From the NCBI GenBank assembly GCA_020632035.1, contig JACKGG010000003.1:36534-100533 (forward strand): a stretch of DNA of 64,000 bases, in the 5' to 3' direction. Below the pieces are notes generated by a model. The model had not been told where the DNA came from. It ran no database searches and saw only the letters and a list, made by a program, of their open reading frames with translations. The DNA is from Candidatus Nomurabacteria bacterium (lineage in GTDB: Bacteria > Patescibacteriota > Minisyncoccia > Phycocordibacterales > UBA918). Numbering within the stretch: the stretch's first letter is position 1; each line of letters begins with the position of its first letter. The translations under genes were made by a program, and so were the position numbers. Of this stretch, positions 1 through 9,596 are shown piece by piece.

Positions 1-534
1 TACTCTAGCCAAACCCTCCGTCACCACCCCTACTCTTTGTTCAAGTTGGATCCGGTGTTCTTCAAACCTCATCTCATCGGGTAAGGCGGCGTTTTTGTTC
101 CCGGGAGTGAAAAGATTAGTAATACCTTTAGTTAGGTTAATTTTTGATGGAGTATAAGGCACAACCACAAAAAAGTTTTTACTCATAACATCTACATTGG
201 TGGTGAAAGTCCTAATGAACTCCATATACTCTCTAAGTTGTACCTGCATTAATTCGTTGTCTTGTTTATTCTGTAACCCAGACAATAATTCAAGATATGG
301 CTCAATGTTAAGTTTGCGCGATTGAACATATACCTGGAGTGAAAAATCTAATGTGTTTAAAAAACTTTGGAACTGTCCAAGCACGGCCCTTTGTTCGTCG
401 AGCGACTTTAGCGCAAAGTTTATAGAAGAAGCCAACAACAACATTAACATCTGGCCATTTTTTTCAATGACGACGTTTTCTTTTATGTCTCGAACTGAGA
501 CAAAGTCTTGGGTAGCAGCTTTAGAATTAGACAT
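1..534 (-). CDS. partial CDS (N-terminal part, runs off window edge): putative T4SS ATPase, VirB4/PrgJ-like
   Basis: Minus-strand frame from ATG at 534..532 (MSNSKAATQDFVSVRDIKENVV...) is open to position 1. It lies directly downstream of the PrgI-like gene, in VirB6-VirB3-VirB4 order. Function assigned by synteny only. Confidence 0.4.
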   Translation of the reverse strand, partial: MSNSKAATQDFVSVRDIKENVVIEKNGQMLMLLLASSINFALKSLDEQRAVLGQFQSFLNTLDFSLQVYVQSRKLNIEPYLELLSGLQNKQDNELMQVQLREYMEFIRTFTTNVDVMSKNFFVVVPYTPSKINLTKGITNLFTPGNKNAALPDEMRFEEHRIQLEQRVGVVTEGLARV

Positions 535-536
535 AA

Positions 537-968
537 TTACTCAGGTTTTTGTAAGGCTTGTAATTCTAATTTGCGGGCCAGAGAAGAAATGTCCTTTTTG
601 GGTTTTGATGTTGCGGCCAGCTGAGACATGTAAATTTGTGAAGAGTAATTATTGGCTGGTCCAGTCGGTCTTTGTTTATGTACAACATCTTGGTTTTGTC
701 GCCATAAATAAAGCCTTTGTTTCTTTATGTAATTAAGAATAGCTTCTAAGAAAAAAGAAAAGGGCCGGTTGTTAACTGGATAAAACGCCAAAGCTCCCGA
801 CAAGAGCGCTAGTGGTATTCCTAAAATAACAAAAACAAAAAACGGCATAGTAAAAAACATTACTACCGCCATACCAACTCCTCCACCAATATACAGAAAC
901 TGGCGCCAAGTAAGGGGACCAAAAATTTTGTCTTCAACTTCAATAAACTGAGGAACTTCAAAACGCAT
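537..968 (-). CDS. PrgI/VirB3-like small membrane protein of T4SS-like cluster
   Basis: 143 aa. N-terminus 'PQFIEVEDKIFGPLTWRQFLYIGGG' followed by two TM helices, typical of the PrgI family. Confidence 0.6.
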   Translation of the reverse strand: MRFEVPQFIEVEDKIFGPLTWRQFLYIGGGVGMAVVMFFTMPFFVFVILGIPLALLSGALAFYPVNNRPFSFFLEAILNYIKKQRLYLWRQNQDVVHKQRPTGPANNYSSQIYMSQLAATSKPKKDISSLARKLELQALQKPE

Positions 969-1038
969 ACTCCAACATTATACACGTTACACAAAAGAAA
1001 TAGAGGACATTTGCCCTCTATCCCAATATCCACAAGAT

Positions 1039-3627
1039 CTATTCCTTAAATGTATCACTAACCTCTTTTTCAAAGTTTTTAATGAGGTCATCTTGAGAAG
1101 ACTTGTAAGTTTTTTCCTCATCTTTTTCTTTACCAGAATTAGATTGGGCCCCCTTAGATTTAGTAGTTGATTTTTTTATATTATCGACACTCTCACCAAA
1201 GAAAATCTTATGTCCTTGTTCGTTTTGTAGGTATTCAATATTTGCCTTTGCGCGAGCGATAGCTTTTTGGCTATAATTCCCATCTTCGACTTTTTCCTCA
1301 GCAATAATTTTCCATTTTTCAAGTAATTCATTTCTACTTGACTTGGACATTTTAGTCATTGCTCTATCTTCCGCAGCAAAAGTTGTGATCCAATCGGTAT
1401 CAAGATATTGTGCAAGTTTGTAGTCTTCAGCCTTAATCGCATCAGGATGAAGTTGCGTAGCGATATTTTTCCCACTCTTAAATGAGCCCTTAGTAACATA
1501 TTTTTTGCTTACATCGTCGTATTCATTAACAATCTTGTATAGCATTCGAGCGGAATCATTGAGATTTATAACTCCTTCTTCATCAAGTTTTTCTGGAAGT
1601 TCTTTATCTTTAGGTATTTTCTTAACATTTTCATTAAGTGCTCGCTTGTGTGTATCAAGAAAACTTTCGTAGAAAGTGTCACTCATCATACCTATACGTT
1701 TAATCTCAGTCATTTGTTGGTTGACAAGTAGGCCCGCATTTTTAACAGCCCAGTCAACACCAAGAACGTCGATTTGCTTGGCAGTGAGTTTTTTCAGTTG
1801 GTCATTAAGTATGATTTGTATTTTATTACCCGCTGCATCAATCTTGTCTGTTACTCGCGTAAAGCTTGATTTGATACTCTCTTGCATAAGCGTCTCCATC
1901 TTGTCACGAACAACCTTATCGATATCTTCATCCTTTTGTAACGCTTCGTATTTACTCATTTCCATAAACGGAACCATAGCATACTTGATTTGGTCAGGCA
2001 TGTTCTTGATTTCAGATGTATTAGTGTCCTTCACCGCCTTCATTGCTAGGGTTACTTCCGTTGCAAGTTGGTCAGTTAAAGCAACTTTCTCTACATCTGT
2101 CATGTTTTCAAATTGTCCTTCTATAATGTTGCCTTCTTCATCCATATATTTGTTATTTGCGTAGGCTTCCTGACGCTTGAGGGCAACAGCTCCTGCAGCA
2201 ATCTGGTTTCTTCGTTCGGCCCGAAGTAAGGTGTGTTGTTTTTGGTAAAGATCACCCTCCTCATCACGCTCGAAGCCCATCTTGTTGCCTTCTAGGGCTG
2301 GTGTCAAACGACCAAGTACCTGGTCTTGAACTACATTAGTACGGGCAATTCTTCCAATCATGTTACTAAATGAGTCTGGTGGTGCATTAGGGTCAATTTT
2401 TTGTTGTGCTTTCAGGGTGGCGTATTTAATATTCTGACCAACCGAAGACACAGCTGATCGGGCACCTAAACGTAGAGGATACGATACCCCAAGAGCCGCC
2501 TGCTTCGCTCCCCCCACTGCCCACCGCCTACCTGTGGCAGTCGCCTTCTTACCAACAGACATGACCATCGAGGCCCCATTGGCACCCATTTTATTTGCAA
2601 TGATAATGGAGGCAATTAGGAAAATAGAACCAAGAATAAATGGGGTAAAAGATCCGACAAAAGTATGGTTCACCCCGGAACCACCGTTTAAAAAAGCGTT
2701 GCCAATTGCAGCTGGTCCAGCTGTACTTCCGAGTACATTGGTGTAGTTTTGTACTATGCTGGCCGACAGGTACAACATAAGGATATAAACTGGCGCAAAG
2801 AAAGCCCGACCAAGAAAGCCCGACCAGTAGTCATCAGTATATTTTTGTAATTTTGGGAAAACCCAACCGATAAACATAAGGGGAGAAAGAACCAAATAGA
2901 TACAAAGCACAGCCGCTCTGATAATAAGCAGGAAACCACCAGCCGCGAACACAAATGTAGCAATCACTAGCATAATCATGGTGCCAAAGATGTACCCCCA
3001 CAATGGACCTTTTTTCTCTGCAAGCACAGTAATCTGTGACTCTCCGGTATCAGTCCCTCCACCCAGAATCGAGGTGAAACCAATCGCGTTGGCAAAAGTG
3101 TCTGAAACCAAAACGTACCCGACCGGCTGTTTCATCAATCCCACCTCCGGTTTTTCGTGGACAAAACCAGCCAAAGCTACCTCGCTAGCAATGATGTTGG
3201 TAAAATCTACTACAAACTTAGTGAAGTATAGACTAAAGTTCACCAAGATTGCTGCCATGATGAGGTGCACCAACCAACGCTTAGTGTTGGAGTCATCACT
3301 ATTGAGGATCATTTTGAAACCAATGTACACTAAACCGAATATAAAAGTGATGTTGAAGATATCTCTCACGCTGACCCAAGCTAGGTCGACTGCTGCCCCT
3401 AAACCACCAGAAGTATAAAGATCACCAAAACCAATCACGAAATCATTAATCCCTACATTGAGGAGTTTTCCAGCTAGTCCAGCAAAGAAGCCAAACACTC
3501 CCGTTACGATGTACCATACTACTCCCTCTATTCCATCTATATCAGCAAAAGTTAAAGAGGGTATTAGCGCTAACACCGCTGCCAGGACCAATATAATTTT
3601 TGTTGAATTATGGGAGGAAGTTCTCAT
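1039..3627 (-). CDS. large polytopic membrane protein, VirB6/TrbL/PrgH-like, with long charged coiled-coil C-terminal domain
   Basis: 862 aa. About 8 hydrophobic segments in the first ~330 aa, then a K/E-rich coiled-coil tail. Immediately upstream of the PrgI-like gene. Confidence 0.5.
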   Translation of the reverse strand: MRTSSHNSTKIILVLAAVLALIPSLTFADIDGIEGVVWYIVTGVFGFFAGLAGKLLNVGINDFVIGFGDLYTSGGLGAAVDLAWVSVRDIFNITFIFGLVYIGFKMILNSDDSNTKRWLVHLIMAAILVNFSLYFTKFVVDFTNIIASEVALAGFVHEKPEVGLMKQPVGYVLVSDTFANAIGFTSILGGGTDTGESQITVLAEKKGPLWGYIFGTMIMLVIATFVFAAGGFLLIIRAAVLCIYLVLSPLMFIGWVFPKLQKYTDDYWSGFLGRAFFAPVYILMLYLSASIVQNYTNVLGSTAGPAAIGNAFLNGGSGVNHTFVGSFTPFILGSIFLIASIIIANKMGANGASMVMSVGKKATATGRRWAVGGAKQAALGVSYPLRLGARSAVSSVGQNIKYATLKAQQKIDPNAPPDSFSNMIGRIARTNVVQDQVLGRLTPALEGNKMGFERDEEGDLYQKQHTLLRAERRNQIAAGAVALKRQEAYANNKYMDEEGNIIEGQFENMTDVEKVALTDQLATEVTLAMKAVKDTNTSEIKNMPDQIKYAMVPFMEMSKYEALQKDEDIDKVVRDKMETLMQESIKSSFTRVTDKIDAAGNKIQIILNDQLKKLTAKQIDVLGVDWAVKNAGLLVNQQMTEIKRIGMMSDTFYESFLDTHKRALNENVKKIPKDKELPEKLDEEGVINLNDSARMLYKIVNEYDDVSKKYVTKGSFKSGKNIATQLHPDAIKAEDYKLAQYLDTDWITTFAAEDRAMTKMSKSSRNELLEKWKIIAEEKVEDGNYSQKAIARAKANIEYLQNEQGHKIFFGESVDNIKKSTTKSKGAQSNSGKEKDEEKTYKSSQDDLIKNFEKEVSDTFKE

Positions 3628-3644
3628 GATATTTCAATTCATAA

Positions 3645-4592
3645 TTATTGCAGTAGACCCTTACCTTCAGAGAATATCTTAGTAACTAGAGCTCCAAACA
3701 ACGCACCTAACACCTCATTGACAGTATCGGCAGCGATTAAGGAATCTTCTACACCATTTATAGTGAAGGTTAATTTTTCCTGGATTGTTTTACCTGGCGT
3801 AAAAATAGTGCAAATATCTTTTTCAACACCGTTTTCGGTTACTTCCTCACAATTTTTCATAGATAAGAAGTTACTACTACCTCTTAGTAGCTCCAGTTCT
3901 TCACCCCGGGCGTTTACCAGCCTGGTGTCTAGACCTTGTTTAGATTTTATTAGCTGACCCAGTGGGGTGTATAACTGTGGATTGGAAGTCACATCAAACC
4001 AATCATCCCAACCTCCCTGCGAGAAGCTGCCTTGAGTGCCGCTCAAGAAACCCTCTAGATTATCTATAACTCCAGTTAAAGTACAGGCTGGTTCTGAATC
4101 ATCTCGTGTATATTGATAGATTGAGGAAAGAGCAATAGATATATCTAGCTTGAACGGGTCACAAATAAATGAGCCTATTGAGCTCAGTTCCTTGATGTAG
4201 GTTCCAACCGCCACATCGCCGACCTCTAACATGTAACTACCAATGTCTTCCACAAAACCTGGTCGACCATCAAAACCATTATTAATCCAATCTAGCATAT
4301 CCTTTACAATAAGTTGCAGAGCGACTTTAGCGGCCATCCAAGCGAGGCCATTGAGTCCACCAGGTAATTCTCGTGCTTCCCTGGCTCCCTCTGCGGCTAC
4401 AATACTTTCGATTCCAGCTAAGGCTGCACCAGGAATTACTTCACTGAAACAGTTAATACACTCTGTGGCTAACTGTGCCTCAGCTGTTGAAATGTTGGTA
4501 TAGGGTACTGGCACATAAGTCACTACAAACCCAAAGACTACAAATACTGTTGCCACCAAACCCCTTCTTAAAAATGTGAAGAATGTATCCAT
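3645..4592 (-). CDS. hypothetical membrane-anchored/secreted protein (T4SS-like operon member)
   Basis: 315 aa with an N-terminal TM/signal segment. Same strand and tight spacing with neighbours. Confidence 0.65.
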   Translation of the reverse strand: MDTFFTFLRRGLVATVFVVFGFVVTYVPVPYTNISTAEAQLATECINCFSEVIPGAALAGIESIVAAEGAREARELPGGLNGLAWMAAKVALQLIVKDMLDWINNGFDGRPGFVEDIGSYMLEVGDVAVGTYIKELSSIGSFICDPFKLDISIALSSIYQYTRDDSEPACTLTGVIDNLEGFLSGTQGSFSQGGWDDWFDVTSNPQLYTPLGQLIKSKQGLDTRLVNARGEELELLRGSSNFLSMKNCEEVTENGVEKDICTIFTPGKTIQEKLTFTINGVEDSLIAADTVNEVLGALFGALVTKIFSEGKGLLQ

Positions 4593-4595
4593 AGG

Positions 4596-5492
4596 CTAGT
4601 TGTTAGGTTGGTTATCTGGGCTAAAAATATTGAATAATAAAGCTGGGTCGTCCGCCCCAAATAGGTCCGCATATTTTTCTAACGCGGCGTACATATTGCC
4701 TAAAGCAAGTGTCATACCCTCGATATTATTCGGGTAGCGCTTTAGATACACTAAAGACAGTAAAGGATCATCAATGATTTTAGACATAGCGTCGATGTCC
4801 TCATGTACTGCTTGATAGGTATTTAAAAGATCTAGGTGTTCTTTAACAAATATTTTTGGAACGGGGATCTCTAACGTATCTGCAAATATATTTTGATAAA
4901 CTAGGGCCTTTTTTTCTAGATCTACCGTTCGCTCCTGTTTGTCATTGCGCAAAATATCATCCAAAATAACCAATTCATTTTCAGTACTATCTTTACCATG
5001 GCGGTAGATAGTAGCAGCTACTGTATTGGCATAGTTGACAATATCTTGGTCGTCCGACTCTTCCATAATCACTAAATCTTCTGTACCCACCAACTTAACC
5101 AGGGCTCCCTGTTCTATTGACTCGACAACTCCGTTTACCACTTCGTCATCACTTGGAGTAAAAGGAGCATAGATCCTTGACTCGATCATCCCTTCCAAAA
5201 GTTTTACACCTACTTTACCAGTCAGTGTATCTGGTGGAACATAGGGTGCACCTGGTTCAAATTTGTTGACAATTTCTGCGTCGACGAAAGCGTCACGCCA
5301 GTCTTCGATACCATTTTTATCGTTGTCGGTAACTACGATCGAGACGCGCTCCAATGGCTCAGAAGCAAGGGCTGTAGCAGGCTGTTGCGGAAAATTAGAT
5401 TCACCAAAATTGCTGATGGTGTAAGCACCAGCCACCAACGCCAAACCAATAACGGTTGCGCCAATGATCTTGGGATTTAATTTACCTCCCAT
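4596..5492 (-). CDS. hypothetical secreted protein (first gene of T4SS-like operon)
   Basis: 298 aa. N-terminal signal/TM 'IIGATVIGLALVAGAYTISNFG'. Acidic extracytoplasmic domain. Confidence 0.65.
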   Translation of the reverse strand: MGGKLNPKIIGATVIGLALVAGAYTISNFGESNFPQQPATALASEPLERVSIVVTDNDKNGIEDWRDAFVDAEIVNKFEPGAPYVPPDTLTGKVGVKLLEGMIESRIYAPFTPSDDEVVNGVVESIEQGALVKLVGTEDLVIMEESDDQDIVNYANTVAATIYRHGKDSTENELVILDDILRNDKQERTVDLEKKALVYQNIFADTLEIPVPKIFVKEHLDLLNTYQAVHEDIDAMSKIIDDPLLSLVYLKRYPNNIEGMTLALGNMYAALEKYADLFGADDPALLFNIFSPDNQPNN

Positions 5493-5605
5493 ATAAACCT
5501 AGTATAACAGTCTGGCAACGACTTAATCGCCTCATTTACACACAACTGTGTATGGTGTGTATAAAGTGTGGACTAGTTGTGATTTGAGTATTCAAAACTA
5601 TAAAT

Positions 5606-6400
5606 TTACTCAGGATAGAGATTTTTAGTTAATTCAAGCCATTTTTCAAGAGGAATATCCTCGGCCCGGATATTGGGCGGTAAATTAAGTGAAGAAAACA
5701 CCGTCTCAAGGTCTGGTCGAGGAAACTCACTACTTAAGTTCCCCAACAATTGTTTTCTTTTTTGGGCAAAACCAAGGTGAATAATGGTGAAAAACTGTTC
5801 ACTGGAGATTTTGGTTAGTTTCTTTCGACCAATATTATTCACCGCTACAATCGCAGAGTCTATTTTGGGTGGTGGGGTGAAGTGTCCTCTCTTGATTGTA
5901 CATATATATGTAGGGTCACCGAACACTTTTATTGAAAGAGAAAGTAACGATTCCTTTTTGTCGCGAGCAATTCGCTCAGCTACTTCTTTTTGAATAAGAA
6001 AAACTAACGTACTTGGCTGGCACTCAGTGTCTAAAAGACTGCGAAAGAGTAAGCCAGACAGATAATAAGGAATATTAGAAACAACTTTGTAGTCAAGCTT
6101 TGCAAGATTAAAATCAGCTGGGTTTAGTTTACGCGCATCGTGGTGGTGGAGGGTGAGTTGCTCGCGGGCGATTGCCCCAGGGAAAGAATCTCTAAGCGAA
6201 GCAATTGCCCGCCCATCGGCTTCTACAGCCACCACTTCTGCCCCCCGCTCCAACAGCTCCTGGGTGAGAATCCCTGTTCCTGGTCCAATCTCTAGTACCC
6301 TGTCCCCTTTTTGAATATCTCCAGCGTCACACATTTTCTTCGGCACGTAGTCGCTGTTGAGAAAATGCTGACCGAGGCTCTTTTTATGGATGAAATTCAT
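5606..6400 (-). CDS. rsmA: 16S rRNA (adenine1518/1519-N6)-dimethyltransferase
   Basis: 'SLGQHFL', 'VLEIGPGTGILT' SAM motif. 264 aa. Confidence 0.9.
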   Translation of the reverse strand: MNFIHKKSLGQHFLNSDYVPKKMCDAGDIQKGDRVLEIGPGTGILTQELLERGAEVVAVEADGRAIASLRDSFPGAIAREQLTLHHHDARKLNPADFNLAKLDYKVVSNIPYYLSGLLFRSLLDTECQPSTLVFLIQKEVAERIARDKKESLLSLSIKVFGDPTYICTIKRGHFTPPPKIDSAIVAVNNIGRKKLTKISSEQFFTIIHLGFAQKRKQLLGNLSSEFPRPDLETVFSSLNLPPNIRAEDIPLEKWLELTKNLYPE

Positions 6401-6617
6401 AGGCGAGTAGTGATTGGAAGTACTTTATTAAGAATATTGGAGTGTTCCAGGAATCGGCGACAGGCTATTGCCGCCGATTCGAAACTAAATTCACAATAAT
6501 CGCTTCCGCTTATTCGTTCATTCATTATATTCAAACCTTTCAACCATTTGCATATAAAGTAGTTTATTTATCACAAAAGTGCAAACTGGCCCACAACAAA
6601 ATGTTAAAATAATACCA

Positions 6618-6639
6618 ATACCGCAGTTAACTGCGGTAT
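6618..6639. promoter_or_regulatory. 22-bp perfect palindrome ataccgcagTTAActgcggtat, 12 bp upstream of the TrpR-like gene start
   Basis: Seen in sequence. The same core GCAGTTAACTGC recurs inside the 50-bp palindrome at 7163-7212. Confidence 0.5.
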
Positions 6640-6651
6640 ACAATATATGAT

Positions 6652-7062
6652 ATGACTAATGTTTCTAAAAAAGAACTTGCGCCGGAAGTTAAGAAAAAAT
6701 TGTTTCAGCAATTTTCCTCTCTCTTTGTAATGGCTGGAGAACGTAAAATGGGCTCACTGTTTATTGAGTTTTTTACAGAATCTGAACAAATGATGTTTGT
6801 TAAACGGGTTGGAATCATAATTATGCTATCTGAAGAACACACTAATTATTCGATCGCCAAGACCCTAGAGGTTAGTGAGGCTACGGTACGTTCTATTAAA
6901 GGCAAACTTATCGCTGGTGGGTATCAAAACATTTTAAAAATAACAAAGAAGAATACTTTTGATAGTGAAAAATTCTGGTCAGTAATGGGGCTGGTTTTAC
7001 GTGGTGGGTTGCCCCCGATGGTGGGAAGAGGACGATGGAAATCAGTTTTAAGCCAGAAATAA
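6652..7062 (+). CDS. TrpR-like (YerC/YecD family) DNA-binding protein
   Basis: 136 aa. 'SEEHTNYSIAKTLEVSEATVRSIKGKL' HTH resembling the YerC/YecD Trp-repressor-like family. Confidence 0.55.
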   Translation: MTNVSKKELAPEVKKKLFQQFSSLFVMAGERKMGSLFIEFFTESEQMMFVKRVGIIIMLSEEHTNYSIAKTLEVSEATVRSIKGKLIAGGYQNILKITKKNTFDSEKFWSVMGLVLRGGLPPMVGRGRWKSVLSQK

Positions 7063-7162
7063 TAGTGCACTCAACATTGAACTTTTACCTTTAAACAGCC
7101 ATCTCTTCTAAACAGCTAGCTCTTTAACCAATTTCCCTAATTTTGTAAAAACTATCCCCTTC

Positions 7163-7212
7163 AAACACCACCCTCTACCCCGCAGTTAACTGCGGGGTAG
7201 AGGGTGGTGTTT
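7163..7212. terminator. 50-bp perfect palindrome between convergent TrpR-like and pcrA genes (bidirectional terminator)
   Basis: aaacaccaccctctaccccgcag-ttaa-ctgcggggtagagggtggtgttt. 23-bp arms. Confidence 0.6.
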
Positions 7213-9171
7213 CTAGTCTAGATAAATAGTTGTTTCGTAGCCTCCTTTTCCTCCCCCTTCTTCTGGTTCATGCATCTCCACATGCTCTTTACTGATGTCA
7301 TTGAGAAATGATGATGGCATGTTGACTCTCTGGCTACCAAAGATGGTTCGCAGGTGGGCGTAAGTAAGGAAGATTTTTTCCTCGGCTCTGGTAAGTGCCA
7401 CGTAAAAAAGTCTGCGCTCTTCTTCTTGGTCGGTGCGGCCATCGTCTAGCCTTTCGTGAGGGAACAATCCTTCTTCCAGTCCAGTAATAAATACGTAAGA
7501 AAATTCCAGGCCCTTAGCCGCGTGAATGGTCATTAATCGAACAGCATTTTGCTCTTCTTTTTCTTTTAGTTCGTCCTGGTCGCTCTGGAGAGCAGCAGTT
7601 TCTAAAAGTTGCTCCACTGCTTCACTCGGCTCAACATCATTAAAACGACTAGCCAGAGTAACTAGCTCGCGTAAGTTTTCGATCCTTTCCAAAGCGTCTT
7701 CAGTCCCCTCTTCTTTTAGGCCCGCTTCTATTCCACTCCGAGACATGATGAATTTAATGGTGTCAGAAAGAGGTTTCTCGATTGCTATCTTGGCAATGTC
7801 ACTCATTATGTCGTCGAATACTTTTACTTTGGCGGCCGCTCCGGCATTCAATTCGCTTCGTTTTCCCTCTATTACCTTAAGCATAGTTACTTTACCAATC
7901 CCTCTTGTTGGTTCATTGATGATTCTGGTTAAGTCGGCATTACTGCCTGGATTGAGGGCCAAACGAAGATAAGATAAAACATCTTTCACTTCTTTTCGTT
8001 CAAAGAATTTTGTCCCAAGAAGTTGATACGGCACTTCAAAGTTTAAAAAAGCTTCTTCTAAAGAGCGTGATTGGAAGTTGGTACGGTACAAGATTGCGAT
8101 CGAAGCTGGCTCGGCTCCGTCTGCTATTAAAGACTGAGCTTTCATGGCCACATACTCAGCTTCATCGTAGCCGGTCATCCCAGCATAGAGGGTAATTTTC
8201 TCCCCCTCGTGATTGTTAGTAAAGACATTTTTATCAACTCGGTTTTGATTCTTTTTAATGATGTCGTTACTAGCCGCAATGATAGTTTGAGTTGAGCGGT
8301 AATTTTCTTCAAGTAAAATAGTTGTAGCGCGTGGAAAATGTTTTTCAAATTGTAAAACATTTTTTATGTCGGCTCCCCGCCAAGAGTAAATATTTTGGTC
8401 GATATCTCCCACCACACAAATATTTTGTGACTCGCCGACTAGCAGTTCAACTATTTCAAACTGCACACGGTTGGTATCTTGGAACTCATCGACATGGATA
8501 AACTTAAAACGATTTTGTAGTGTTTCACGCACTGGGCCGTAGGTCTTAAGTAGAAATAAAGTTTTGGCCAAGAGATCATCGAAGTCTAAGGCATGCTCCT
8601 TTTTCAAAGTCCCTTCGTACTTTTCCCATACTTCAGCCGCTACTTGCTCGGGGAAAGAACTGGCGGCGTCTTTGTACTCAAGGAAAGTCATAGCGTCGCC
8701 CTTGGCTCGTGAAATCATCCCCAATATTTTTCTAGGTTCAAATTCTTTTGGGTTGTAGCCAGCGTCTTCAATCGCTTTCTTGACTGCCTTCTGGCTGTCA
8801 CTTCTGTCATAAATAGTGAAGTGTCTGCGTAAACCTAAAGTGTCGTGAAACTCTCTTAGTAAACGTACTCCCAAAGAGTGGAACGTGGTAACTAAAGGAA
8901 AGCTATCGATGACCGCACGATCAGAAGGGAAATATTTTTTAGTTAGGTCGCTCACTCGCTCACGCATTTCTTTGGCCGCTTTGTTGGTGAAAGTCACTGC
9001 CAGAATATTATGGGGAGCGGTTCCCTCATGAATAAGATGAACTATTCTGTGGGTGATGACTCTTGTTTTGCCAGAGCCGGCTCCGGCCAAGATCATCAAG
9101 GGTCCCTCAGTATGGAGAACAGCTTGTTTTTGCGGATCATTTAAACCAGCTAGATAGGGAGCCTCAGACAT
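7213..9171 (-). CDS. pcrA: ATP-dependent DNA helicase UvrD/PcrA family
   Basis: Walker A 'GAGSGKTRV'. 'VDEFQDTN'. 652 aa, typical UvrD motifs. Confidence 0.9.
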   Translation of the reverse strand: MSEAPYLAGLNDPQKQAVLHTEGPLMILAGAGSGKTRVITHRIVHLIHEGTAPHNILAVTFTNKAAKEMRERVSDLTKKYFPSDRAVIDSFPLVTTFHSLGVRLLREFHDTLGLRRHFTIYDRSDSQKAVKKAIEDAGYNPKEFEPRKILGMISRAKGDAMTFLEYKDAASSFPEQVAAEVWEKYEGTLKKEHALDFDDLLAKTLFLLKTYGPVRETLQNRFKFIHVDEFQDTNRVQFEIVELLVGESQNICVVGDIDQNIYSWRGADIKNVLQFEKHFPRATTILLEENYRSTQTIIAASNDIIKKNQNRVDKNVFTNNHEGEKITLYAGMTGYDEAEYVAMKAQSLIADGAEPASIAILYRTNFQSRSLEEAFLNFEVPYQLLGTKFFERKEVKDVLSYLRLALNPGSNADLTRIINEPTRGIGKVTMLKVIEGKRSELNAGAAAKVKVFDDIMSDIAKIAIEKPLSDTIKFIMSRSGIEAGLKEEGTEDALERIENLRELVTLASRFNDVEPSEAVEQLLETAALQSDQDELKEKEEQNAVRLMTIHAAKGLEFSYVFITGLEEGLFPHERLDDGRTDQEEERRLFYVALTRAEEKIFLTYAHLRTIFGSQRVNMPSSFLNDISKEHVEMHEPEEGGGKGGYETTIYLD

Positions 9172-9427
9172 GTGGAAGACACTATAACATATTGGATTTT
9201 TAAATAATCCTGCTCAAAAAATAAAATCTCTAAACTCAGACCAAAGACACCAAATCTTCGTTAGTAAAATTTAACCACTTAATTTTTAAGAGTCAATAGA
9301 GATATCAGGGCCTAGTTCAAAGCCCATTTGGCAGGTGTGTTAGTCTGCGAGAAAAGGGGATTTCGTCAATTGCTATGTGAAAGAGCTTTAGTAAAATAGT
9401 GGGCGTACCAAGTTGTTGGTGCGAAGG

Positions 9428-9449
9428 GAGCAGTAACCATGCTCTTTTT
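9428..9449 (+). terminator. intrinsic-terminator-like hairpin inside long 5' leader of LysM/M23 gene (attenuator/riboswitch expression platform candidate)
   Basis: gagca-gtaacca-tgctc followed by TTTTT, about 150 nt upstream of the start codon. Confidence 0.35.
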
Positions 9450-9596
9450 CATTTCTAAGTACGGAAGTAGCGACAGAACGGCGGCGAGTCCTAACAACAG
9501 CCTATAAAACCCAACTCAAAAGACACTGATGATAATTCTGGTATATCCGGTCATCAGTCTACATACCCGAAGACACATACAAACACTAGTACTCGA

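Noticed and set aside
353-736. 127-aa plus-strand ORF
   Set aside because: Fully antisense to the PrgI-like gene and the VirB4-like N-terminus, with no motif. Treated as a shadow ORF.
1676-4503. Several 70-160-aa ORFs inside or antisense to the VirB6-like and neighbouring genes (1676-2164, 2534-2746, 2754-2963, 2978-3418, 3458-3957, 4243-4503)
   Set aside because: Embedded in longer, motif-bearing ORFs on the other strand, with low-complexity translations.
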